This document shows, piece by piece, positions 47,747 through 56,363 of a stretch of 64,000 nt of DNA. Source of the stretch: Roseibacillus sp. (GTDB taxonomy: Bacteria > Verrucomicrobiota > Verrucomicrobiia > Verrucomicrobiales > Akkermansiaceae); assembly GCA_051251855.1 (NCBI GenBank), contig JBPOGI010000004.1:192001-256000 (forward strand). Direction: 5' to 3'. Each line of letters starts with the position of its first letter. Within the stretch, counting starts at the first letter, position 1. The notes under the pieces are model-generated. The model saw only the letters and a list, made by a program, of their open reading frames with translations, did not search any database and was not told the origin of the DNA. The translations under genes and the position numbers were made by a program.

Positions 47747-48142
47747 TCTTCGTCAGATAAGTTGATGATTCGCGGTTTATCCCCCAAAAAATATCTTCGG
47801 ACAGAAGGGTCGACTTCAGTGGAATGGCACTGTGTTAAGCCACCTTATCGTGTCGAGGGCAAGGAAATGGGAGCGTGGTCTTTCCAAGCCGCCACCTTGT
47901 ATTGCCGTCAATTGAGGGTAGGCCTGTTCGTTCCCGAATCCGCTGTTCTTGGGGTGATTCGTCGGCTCTCTTACTAGCGAGATCCTCCCCAGCGGCTAGA
48001 AAAGCCACTCTCCCGAGCCTGCGGCCACTGCTTTTGTAAGCTCCCGATTTTTCGCCTATTACAGTGCCATTCGACAGAACTCAACGCTCCCTTCGATCCA
48101 GTGGTTTCCCCCATCAAGAATCACCAACCTATCTCACGATGA
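47747..48142. repeat. Nested inverted-repeat element enclosing a REP doublet
   Basis: 47747-47771 vs 48118-48142 (21/25 inverted); 47815-47833 vs 48061-48079 (17/19 inverted); inner REPs 47870-47892 and 47992-48013. Confidence 0.65.
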
Positions 48143-48145
48143 TCC

Positions 48146-48174
48146 AAAAAGCGGCCCCGCAATCGCGAGGCCGC
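48146..48174 (-). terminator. Rho-independent terminator
   Basis: Minus strand GCGGCCTCGC-GATT-GCGGGGCCGC-TTTTT. Confidence 0.75.
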
Positions 48175-48203
48175 CTGTCGAAAAAGAGCCTATATACCCG
48201 AAA

Positions 48204-51191
48204 TTAAGGAGTAACCACCAAACGAGCAAACTTCTTAGCATCAGGAGCCTGAGGTATGGTCAAAGTGACGGTATCAATTCCGGCTGCAGGAGAATCCTTA
48301 GCGACGGTCACTCCTGGACTCGCAGCAACGGCATTGTCCGAAACTGGATAGACAGCTGGGAAAGTCATCAAATCCGTACCAACCTCCACTTGCACTGCAG
48401 TCGTTCCATCAATCGAGTCTTGGTCACGCTCAAAGGAAAAGACCATGTCGCCGCCATTCACTGTCACACAAGGAACCTTACCCGAATCGTTCGTGTCCTT
48501 GTCTCCTCCGAGAACATACTCCACTCCGTTGGCAACCCCGTCACCATCGAAGTCGTCTTCAGGATTGCCCGCTGGAGCGTTAGTCGATGCCCACGCTGAG
48601 TAACCAGCAATGGCTCCAGTGACTGTGATACTTCCTGTTCCGGAAAGAGACGCTGGATGAGTTGCGGCATCGTAAACGCCCGGCACAAGCGAGGTCCCAT
48701 CAAGAATCAATACTGAAACACTATCCGTTCCGGTATAGTTGAGGTTCAGGACCGCGCCGTCCGCTACACTTACGGTTGCGAAGTTTGGAAGGAAGGCTGA
48801 AGCAATGCTCAGGGTTCCAGCATCAACGGTGGTGTCTCCAGTATAGGTATTGGCTCCCGAGAGAGTCAGAATACCGATTCCACTTTTCACAATCGAAGTC
48901 GTGCTCTCGATAACCCCTTCAAAAGTGGTATCGACATCTTGATTGACGGTCAAAGTGCCACCTCCAGTGATGACGTTGTTGGCCCCTATTCCGAGAGCGG
49001 AGGTACGAGTTTCGATCGAAGCCACGGTCTGATCAAAGCCATTGAGGTCGAGCGCTCCCGTTGAGTTCCCAGTGGTAGTAAAACCAAAGACGAGATCGGA
49101 GGTCGCCGGAATGGCATCCGAGACTCCCAGTTGTATCGTGTGGGAAAACGCAAGACCAGTTTGCCCCCATGTGTTGCCTGACACATTGAACACATTCGTG
49201 CCGCCGCCTCCTCCACTGAAATTACCTGTCCCAAGGTCAACAGTGCTGTTGAATGTGCTGGAGCCAATCGCTGAAAGGCTAACTCCAGTTCCAGTGTGGG
49301 TAATGCCGCCATTGTAGGTCAACGTTCCACCCCCAGTAGGTTGTGTTCGCACTCCAGAGGTCAAGGTAACGAGACCGTCGAGAGTAATGTCCCCATCGGG
49401 TCGAAGTGCGCCCACATTCTGAGTGTCACCGTTTCCTCCAATGGTCAGGTCTTCAGCAAGAGTTAAATCTCCCACGAGATGAAGAGTGGCTCCCGCTTCA
49501 ACAACAGTGCCACTCGCGGCTCCAGAAACACCCAACGCGCCCTCATTTAAGATCCTAAGGAAACCGTCACTCACGGTGGTGACCCCGGTGTAGGTATTTT
49601 CATTTGAGAGAGTCAAGAAACCAGCCCCGTCCTTGTTAAGGCCCAGCCCAGAGGCATCTTCACTGATCACCCCGGAAATCTCAAGATCGTGATCTTCGCC
49701 AAGATTAACTAAGCTGTTACCTCCCGTGAGTTCAATATCGAGCGAAATGCTATCGGTGATGGCATCAGTGCCCGGGGTTGTCACCGCGGTCGAAAGGATG
49801 GGCCCTTCTAGCTGGATACTATTTCCAGCCAAGGTGAAGCTCTCTCCATCTCCTCTATTACTGAACCTGATTTCTCCATAAGAATTACCAGCGGACAGGT
49901 CATTGCTCGTAGCGGCATTGGTTACACCGACAAACTCCAAAACCTCACCTCCTGCCCCTGTTGGAGCGACATCTCCAAGCCAGTTGGTCGCAGTGGACCA
50001 ATTGGCATCAGTCTCACCATCCCAAGTCAAATCAGCTTCACTGAGGCCTGTGATCACGGTAAGGGTAAAGTTGTTGGTAACCGCGCTCTGGGAAAAGGTG
50101 TAATCGACCCCCTCAACCCCGAAGCCCGTGATTGTTACGGAAGGACACTCGGTAGCGATGTTGTTGTAGTCGAAGAGCTCGAAGCTCGCTGGACCACCGT
50201 TATAGGCAGAACCATCAATCGTGATGGTCGTCGTCGAGAGCGAAGCATAGCCAACTCCCTTGAAGTTGCTCACCCCGCTCTCATCAAAGACAAAGTTGAA
50301 TGTCGCGGAACGACCGGCAGTGCTATTATTGAAGCGGTCAATCGTGATGTCCGCGTCATCGCCGATGATATTAAAAACAGTCGCCGCATCACCAAAGGCC
50401 TGCCCCCCTTGGGCACTCATGGTGCCCCCGCTAATATTAATGATTCCTCGAAACTGGATGGTATCGGTCGCTCCAGCGGCACCCGCCACAATGAAGTCGC
50501 CTCCGGAAAGGTTCAGGGTCCCTGTTGTTCCACCTGGCATCACTTGAAAGGTGCCTCCTTCAGGGCTGGGATCCGTCAATGTCACCGCGCCGGCTGATTG
50601 GTTGAACTCACCTCCCGTCAGGCTCAGACCCGCATCCGAAGTCACTGCCCCCCCAGTGACGTTGAACTGACCGGCTGCCACATTAATAACCGAAGTACTA
50701 TTGGCAAGAGACCCGCTACTCACCGTAACCACATTCAAAGGATTGTTAGCCGAAAGTGTCACCCCTGCCGTATTGAGGGTTCCTCCCTGAATGTTGAGAA
50801 CTCCCGCATCATCCCCGTCCCCAAGAAACATGGCGCCAGTGGTCAAAGAGCCACCAGTTTTAACGTTGAGCGTGGCAGGAGAAGCAGTACCAGCCAAATC
50901 ATTGATAAAGACATCGCCAGCCGCAATGTCGATCGCAGTATCCACTTCGATGGTTTGGCCCGGGTCGATGAAGGCGATATCCGGAATGGCCGCATCAGGA
51001 AGGACATTGAAGGGAGCGTTCGCAGAAGCAGTCACTGCTCCATTCCAATTTTGGTCCCAGTTGGTGGTGGTCCCCGCCGCTGCGTCTGAGAAGACCGAAG
51101 CAGCATGGGTAGCGGTCGAAACCGAGAATCCACAAAGAACTGCAAATGCAGTTCCTTTCGGGAAAGATATAAGAGGCTTACAGAATTTCAT
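48204..51191 (-). CDS. Autotransporter-associated beta-strand-repeat surface protein
   Basis: LNKDGAGFLTLSNENTYTGVT and KSGIGILTLSGANTYTGDT repeats; C-terminal DFDGDGVANGVEYVLG...KFARL. Confidence 0.88.
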   Translation of the reverse strand: MKFCKPLISFPKGTAFAVLCGFSVSTATHAASVFSDAAAGTTTNWDQNWNGAVTASANAPFNVLPDAAIPDIAFIDPGQTIEVDTAIDIAAGDVFINDLAGTASPATLNVKTGGSLTTGAMFLGDGDDAGVLNIQGGTLNTAGVTLSANNPLNVVTVSSGSLANSTSVINVAAGQFNVTGGAVTSDAGLSLTGGEFNQSAGAVTLTDPSPEGGTFQVMPGGTTGTLNLSGGDFIVAGAAGATDTIQFRGIINISGGTMSAQGGQAFGDAATVFNIIGDDADITIDRFNNSTAGRSATFNFVFDESGVSNFKGVGYASLSTTTITIDGSAYNGGPASFELFDYNNIATECPSVTITGFGVEGVDYTFSQSAVTNNFTLTVITGLSEADLTWDGETDANWSTATNWLGDVAPTGAGGEVLEFVGVTNAATSNDLSAGNSYGEIRFSNRGDGESFTLAGNSIQLEGPILSTAVTTPGTDAITDSISLDIELTGGNSLVNLGEDHDLEISGVISEDASGLGLNKDGAGFLTLSNENTYTGVTTVSDGFLRILNEGALGVSGAASGTVVEAGATLHLVGDLTLAEDLTIGGNGDTQNVGALRPDGDITLDGLVTLTSGVRTQPTGGGTLTYNGGITHTGTGVSLSAIGSSTFNSTVDLGTGNFSGGGGGTNVFNVSGNTWGQTGLAFSHTIQLGVSDAIPATSDLVFGFTTTGNSTGALDLNGFDQTVASIETRTSALGIGANNVITGGGTLTVNQDVDTTFEGVIESTTSIVKSGIGILTLSGANTYTGDTTVDAGTLSIASAFLPNFATVSVADGAVLNLNYTGTDSVSVLILDGTSLVPGVYDAATHPASLSGTGSITVTGAIAGYSAWASTNAPAGNPEDDFDGDGVANGVEYVLGGDKDTNDSGKVPCVTVNGGDMVFSFERDQDSIDGTTAVQVEVGTDLMTFPAVYPVSDNAVAASPGVTVAKDSPAAGIDTVTLTIPQAPDAKKFARLVVTP

Positions 51192-51269
51192 TGGTTTTTT
51201 GATTAAATTTCACGTGGAGAAGCAATTTCGCCAGTCTCCCAAACTGTCAGAATATCGGCCTTGAGGGTA

Positions 51270-51285
51270 TCCTCAATTTATAGGA
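51270..51285. promoter_or_regulatory. Putative operator TCCTCA-W4-TGAGGA
   Basis: TCCTCAATTTATAGGA (reverse complement TCCTATAAATTGAGGA) in the divergent region before the histidine kinase. Confidence 0.55.
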
Positions 51286-51416
51286 GACCCAACGGTTGGC
51301 TGGGACTCTTAAAGCTCCAAAGAGGAACTGCTTCCACGGACCAAAGCCATAAGGCGAGCCACTTCGAATCAAACAATTGATTTGAGATCTCAGGAGAAGA
51401 AGAGGAAAATGCCCGA

Positions 51417-53381
51417 ATGCGAGGACGATTGATTCGGCTAAGTTGGACGTTGGCCCTCGCGGCGAATAGCCTTCTGGGTTCTCCTCATGACGATCTCTCC
51501 CGCACAGAACTTAGAGAGCGCTTGGAATCAATTGACTCTGAGCTGAGCGAGCTGGCAAGCCTGAGTCTCAGAGGAGGAGTGGGAACGATCGGCTATCGTT
51601 CTGACAGCTATCAAGAGAGCGAAAACCGCGAATGGATACAAATTGATCTGGGAGAAGTCGAAACCATCGAGGAGATCGTTCTTGTCCCGACGATCTGGCG
51701 GGATACACGCACCGGATTTCGCGCCGACGGTTTTCCGTTAGAATTCCAAATTGTTGTTGGGACAGACAACGAAACCGGCACAATAGTCGCAAGCTTCACA
51801 GAAAAGGATCGCCTTCTCCCCCGCATTGCGCCCGTTGTCATTCCTTGTCAACGAATCGAGGCCTCTTGGATTCGAATCGAAGCCTTCCGTCTGAGCCCAA
51901 GAGCTTGGGATGGCCGCTATATTCTTCAGCTCTCTCAGATTTTGGCTTTCAATCAACATCTCAATGTAGCCCTCGGAAAAAAAGTCACCACCTCCTCCCA
52001 AGACCCCGCCAAAGGACAAGCAAGAAGCAAGGAGTATCTCGTCAATGGCTCGCTCCCCTACCTGATGGATGCGGCGCAAGGTGAACAAAGCGTGGCCTTT
52101 GTCAGTCGCCCAAGCACCTCTCCCGAAGCAGAATTGTCGATTGATTTAGGCTCCAAACATCTCTTGAAAAGCGCCCACTTCCACGCCACCGATCTCAGCG
52201 ACAGCGTCCCTCGAACGCAAGTTTCGGATTTTGGAATTCCTCTCAGTATGGTTTTGGAGGGAGCCAACCAGCCTGACTTCTCCGATGCCCTTCCTCTCAT
52301 CGACTACCAAAGAAATTCGGTCTATGAAATGAGTCCCATTCTCACCCAAAATTTTCCAGAAACGGAGTGCCGCTATGTCCGTCTCAAAATCCTTAAATCC
52401 TTTAGCGATTCCTTTAAAGGCATCACTAACTATCAAGTAGGCTTTGCCGAAATCGAACTTTTCTCTCAGGGCAAAAACGTCGCACTCGGTAAAGAAGTCC
52501 TGAGCAACCTCCCCCAGTTCACGCAAGGTCGGTCCCTGGAATCGCTCACCGATGGCCGTAATCTCTTTGGGGAGATTCTTCCTTTTCGTAACTGGATGAA
52601 GGAACTCGCACGACGGCATGAACTCGAAGTAGAACGCCCCTTTGTCGTCACCGCCCTCGACTCCAAGTACGCTCGTCAGCGAGTCATTCTTACGAGCCTA
52701 AAATGGCTGGCCGTCCTTTTGGCTGCAGGAATTTTAGTCACCATCTTTCTCACCCATATTTTTCGTCTGAGACACGTGGCACGCATTCGGGAACGACTGG
52801 CCGCTGACTTGCACGACGAGTTGGGAGCCAACCTACACACCATCGGACTTCTGAGTGACTTGGCCTCCGAGTCCGGCGACTCCCCTGAAGAACTAGAAAC
52901 TCTCCACCGTCGCATTCGTTCCGAAACCGAGCGTTCGGGAATCGCAGTGAGACATTGCACTGATATGTTGGAGGGAAAAGAACTCAGCTCGGACCTAGTC
53001 GGCGACATGCAGAGAGCTTCGCGACGAATTATGTCCAAGCTAAAACACGAGATTCTGATTGAAGGAGAAGAACATCTCCCAGCCCTCAAACAACGAATTC
53101 GCCATGACCTCTTTCTCTTCTACAAGGAATGTCTCGTCAACATCAGCCGCCATGCCGAAGCCAGTCAATATCAGACCTCCATCAAATTGGACGGAAAAAA
53201 GCTACGCCTCTCCATCAGTGACAATGGAAAAGGCATCTCCGACTCACTCGTAAACGGAGTCCCCTCTTCCATCAAACGTCGAGCGAGATTGCTCGGAGGT
53301 CGCGTGACCGTAGAAAGCCCCCCGAAGGGAGGCACCCAAGTGGTCCTCAACCTCAACACTAGAAAATGGGGAATCTTATGA
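51417..53381 (+). CDS. Sensor histidine kinase (HisKA_3 type) with discoidin/F5-8C-like extracellular domains
   Basis: WIQIDLG, NVALGK twice, TM, RERLAADLHDELGANL, KECLVNISRHA, ISDNGKG, GGT. Confidence 0.9.
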   Translation: MRGRLIRLSWTLALAANSLLGSPHDDLSRTELRERLESIDSELSELASLSLRGGVGTIGYRSDSYQESENREWIQIDLGEVETIEEIVLVPTIWRDTRTGFRADGFPLEFQIVVGTDNETGTIVASFTEKDRLLPRIAPVVIPCQRIEASWIRIEAFRLSPRAWDGRYILQLSQILAFNQHLNVALGKKVTTSSQDPAKGQARSKEYLVNGSLPYLMDAAQGEQSVAFVSRPSTSPEAELSIDLGSKHLLKSAHFHATDLSDSVPRTQVSDFGIPLSMVLEGANQPDFSDALPLIDYQRNSVYEMSPILTQNFPETECRYVRLKILKSFSDSFKGITNYQVGFAEIELFSQGKNVALGKEVLSNLPQFTQGRSLESLTDGRNLFGEILPFRNWMKELARRHELEVERPFVVTALDSKYARQRVILTSLKWLAVLLAAGILVTIFLTHIFRLRHVARIRERLAADLHDELGANLHTIGLLSDLASESGDSPEELETLHRRIRSETERSGIAVRHCTDMLEGKELSSDLVGDMQRASRRIMSKLKHEILIEGEEHLPALKQRIRHDLFLFYKECLVNISRHAEASQYQTSIKLDGKKLRLSISDNGKGISDSLVNGVPSSIKRRARLLGGRVTVESPPKGGTQVVLNLNTRKWGIL

Positions 53382-53438
53382 GCGCCTTGAAACGTTTCCA
53401 AATCTGTCTATCACTCTCAACCTTCTCCCTTCCCCACC

Positions 53439-54101
53439 ATGTCTGAAAAAATTCGCGTAATGCTCGTCGAGGACCACCCCGAGTATCGAGAAGTCGTAGA
53501 GCTCGCCCTGGGAAAGGAGAAAAGCTGTGAACTTTGGGCTGAATTTGGAACTGCCGAGCGAGCCATCCGTTACCTCCAAGACCATCAAAAAAGCGAAACC
53601 CCCGATGTCATTCTCCTCGATCTCAACTTGCCCGGCATCGACGGCTTGCAAGCCATTCCCCTCATCCTCGACATCGTACCCAACGTCAAAATTATTGTTC
53701 TCACTCAATCCGACCGTGAAGACCACGTCTTGCAGGCAATCGCGCAAGGAGCCTCGGGATATCTTTTAAAATCTTCCACCGTAAGGCAGCTCATCGACGG
53801 CATTTCTTCGGTCGTCAGAGGAGGAGCCTCTCTCGATGCTCGCGTCGCTCATGTAGTACTCACCTCCTTGCGCTCGAAGACTCAGCCAGAGGCTCCAGAG
53901 CTTTCCATTACTGGCCGAGAACTCGAAGTTTTGACTCTACTGGCAGAAGGCTTCTCAAAGAAGATGATCGCAGACCAACTCTCAATCAGCACCACCACGG
54001 TCGTCACTCACGTTACCAATATCTATGCCAAGCTGGATGCACAGAACGCTCCCGCCGCTATCGCAAAGGCTTTCCGTAGTGGTCTCCTAAAGTTGGACTA
54101 G
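53439..54101 (+). CDS. NarL/LuxR family response regulator
   Basis: LVEDH, DVILLDLNLPGIDG, GASGYLLK, TGRELEVL..HTH. Confidence 0.95.
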   Translation: MSEKIRVMLVEDHPEYREVVELALGKEKSCELWAEFGTAERAIRYLQDHQKSETPDVILLDLNLPGIDGLQAIPLILDIVPNVKIIVLTQSDREDHVLQAIAQGASGYLLKSSTVRQLIDGISSVVRGGASLDARVAHVVLTSLRSKTQPEAPELSITGRELEVLTLLAEGFSKKMIADQLSISTTTVVTHVTNIYAKLDAQNAPAAIAKAFRSGLLKLD

Positions 54102-54281
54102 CTCCCCGAAGTATTCGCCCCAAGGCAAACTCACTCGAATAAACTCCATTTTCAGGCACCGGAACCCCCGCTTTTTCTCTTCGACTCATGAAATGGAAGA
54201 ACACGCTAGAGAAAACTCGATCACATTTTCCAAGCGGAAAGATTGGTCAAAGCGCTGTTTTCTGGTAGCCAGAAGGTTCTC

Positions 54282-56318
54282 ATGAGCGATGCGGAAAAAA
54301 GCCCCCTTGATTTGACTGGTTTGGACTTCGGTCCAGCTTGGGCAAAAGACAAAACCCCAGCCCGCGATTATTCGAAAGAAGTCGGTCCTCGCGAAAACCG
54401 TGATCGTCGTGGCAAAGGCCCGCGCCGCGAAGGTGGTGGCGGACAAAACGACCGCCGCCAAAGCAATGATCGACGTCAAAGTAACGACAGACGTAACGAC
54501 CAAAGAGGTGATCGGCGCAACAATGATCGACGTAGTAATGATCGTCGCGGAGGTGACCGTCGTGATCAGCATCGCGAACCACGAGTCGAAGTCCCCGCTC
54601 CCGAAGGCTTTAACGGAGGCGTCATGCCCGTCGAAGAAGGACTCGACAATCTCTCCAAAGAAATCCAAGGCGGCGGCCGCACCTACTCCGTCTTTGACCT
54701 CGCTCGCGTCGTCATGGGAGCTCGCGAACGATTCAACGTCACCTTCGAGGCCCCCAAGGGCACCAAGTTTTTCCGCTGCAAGAGCGACGGCTCTCTTTGG
54801 CTCACCAAAGACGAAGCCGTGCGGCACTTTTGGCAAGCCAACCTTCTTTCTGAGCTCTACGAGCAAGTCGAAACCGAAGTCGAAGCTCCCAAAGGAAACT
54901 TCACCTCTGTCGCCAAGTGCGGACTCTCTGGCAAGTGGCTCGCACCTCCGAACTACCATAGCTACCCCACCGCAGTAGCCCAAATGCATGCCGAGCGCTA
55001 CGCCCACATGTCCTTGGAAGACTACAAGCGCAAGATTCGCGTCGAGAACGGCGAGGAAGTGGTTGCCGCTTGGATGGAAACACAAACCAAGAAGACTCAA
55101 TTTCGCCCGCTTTCTACCCAAGAAATTCTCGACCTCCGCGCCCAGCGCAAGGCCGCAGAAGAAGAGGCTAAGGAAGGATCCAAAGGAGACGCCCCAGACA
55201 AGGACGCTCCTCCTTCCGAACCTCAATCCGAAGAAGAACCCGCCCCAGTCGCCGAAGCTCCCACTGCAACTCCGGTAGAAGAACCAGCCACTGAAGAAAC
55301 GACAGAGGCTGTAATAGAAGAAGCTTCCACCAGCGGAGAATCTTCTAACGAAGAGCCTACCGAAGAAGTTGCAACTGAAGCCACCGAAACGACCTCAGAG
55401 ACCGCTGAAGAAGCTCCTCAAAGCGAAGATGAGACTCCTGCAGTCAAAGAAGAGAAGCCCTCCCCGGAAATTCAGCTTTTCGAGAGCCGTCGCGACGTCG
55501 AGCGTCACTTCGCCGACCACCACTTCAAACACATCTTTGCTCAGATTGACCGTGCTTGGGTGCCCGGTAACGTCTCCGCCAAGCTCCTGTCCCCTGCTCT
55601 TCTCACTCTCCTCAAAGCAACCGTCGCCGACGAGCGGCGCTACCCCTCCAAGCTGACTCCCATTCTCTGCCGTCAGCTCTCAGGCCGTCATCTGGCCGTC
55701 TTTAAGTGGAAGAAAAAGCTCAAGGCCGGCCCCGCCCGCCCTCATGCTGTCCCCGAAGATATCCAACTCGCCGAGCGTCCTCAACAAATGCTCGCGTGGA
55801 TCACCGAAAACAGTGGTAAGAACCTCGAAGACCTCTGGAATGGCACCCTTCCTGAGAAGACCGACGAAGAGACCAAGCGGAACTACTACCACGACCTCCA
55901 CTGGCTCCTCAACCAAGGCTTCGTCCTTCTCATGGCGGACAGCACCATTCACCTCGCGAAAGCTAAAGTGGTGGAAACTCCCAAAAAGGAGAAAAAGGAA
56001 AAGTCCGAGCCCAAAGAAGAAGCCAAGACCGAAGAGAGCAAAGCCGAGGAAGCCACCGAACCTGCCGAGCCCAAAGCAGAGGAGCCCAAAGCAGAGGAGC
56101 CCAAAGCAGAGGAGCCCAAAGCAGAGGAGCCCAAAGCAGAGGAGCCTAAAGCAGAGGAGCCTAAAGCAGAGGAGCCTAAAGCAGAGGAGCCTAAAGCAGA
56201 GGAGCCTAAAGCAGAGGAGCCTAAGGCCGAAAAGCCCAAGACCGAAGAGCCAGCAGTCGAGGAACCCAAGGCCGAAGAGCCTAAAGCAGCTACTGAAGCT
56301 CCTACGGAAGAGTCCTAA
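54282..56318 (+). CDS. Hypothetical protein with R/D/N-rich N-terminus and EPKAE repeat tail
   Basis: LDFGPAWA, KCGLSGKWLAPPNYHSY, DLHWLLNQG; ATG at 54282. Confidence 0.75.
   Translation: MSDAEKSPLDLTGLDFGPAWAKDKTPARDYSKEVGPRENRDRRGKGPRREGGGGQNDRRQSNDRRQSNDRRNDQRGDRRNNDRRSNDRRGGDRRDQHREPRVEVPAPEGFNGGVMPVEEGLDNLSKEIQGGGRTYSVFDLARVVMGARERFNVTFEAPKGTKFFRCKSDGSLWLTKDEAVRHFWQANLLSELYEQVETEVEAPKGNFTSVAKCGLSGKWLAPPNYHSYPTAVAQMHAERYAHMSLEDYKRKIRVENGEEVVAAWMETQTKKTQFRPLSTQEILDLRAQRKAAEEEAKEGSKGDAPDKDAPPSEPQSEEEPAPVAEAPTATPVEEPATEETTEAVIEEASTSGESSNEEPTEEVATEATETTSETAEEAPQSEDETPAVKEEKPSPEIQLFESRRDVERHFADHHFKHIFAQIDRAWVPGNVSAKLLSPALLTLLKATVADERRYPSKLTPILCRQLSGRHLAVFKWKKKLKAGPARPHAVPEDIQLAERPQQMLAWITENSGKNLEDLWNGTLPEKTDEETKRNYYHDLHWLLNQGFVLLMADSTIHLAKAKVVETPKKEKKEKSEPKEEAKTEESKAEEATEPAEPKAEEPKAEEPKAEEPKAEEPKAEEPKAEEPKAEEPKAEEPKAEEPKAEEPKAEKPKTEEPAVEEPKAEEPKAATEAPTEES
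56067..56216 (+). repeat. 15-bp coding minisatellite, 10 units (EPKAE)
   Basis: GAGCCCAAAGCAGAG x5 then GAGCCTAAAGCAGAG x5; degenerate units follow. Confidence 0.95.
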
Positions 56319-56323
56319 CCCGA

Positions 56324-56356
56324 TTTGGAGTGCGGTGCGCAGCACCTCACTCCAAA
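56324..56356. repeat. GGAG-containing palindrome (REP-like or terminator) between convergent genes
   Basis: TTTGGAGTG-C-GGTGC-GCA-GCACC-T-CACTCCAAA. Confidence 0.55.
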
Positions 56357-56363
56357 ACTCCCC

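Noticed and set aside
54186..55226. 346-aa antisense ORF; likewise 59167-60393 and 55680-56345
   Set aside because: Shadows of well-supported genes on the other strand or of repeats, with no motifs.
56067..56216. CRISPR array (also considered for 13445-13519)
   Set aside because: Contiguous in-frame 15-bp units with no spacers.
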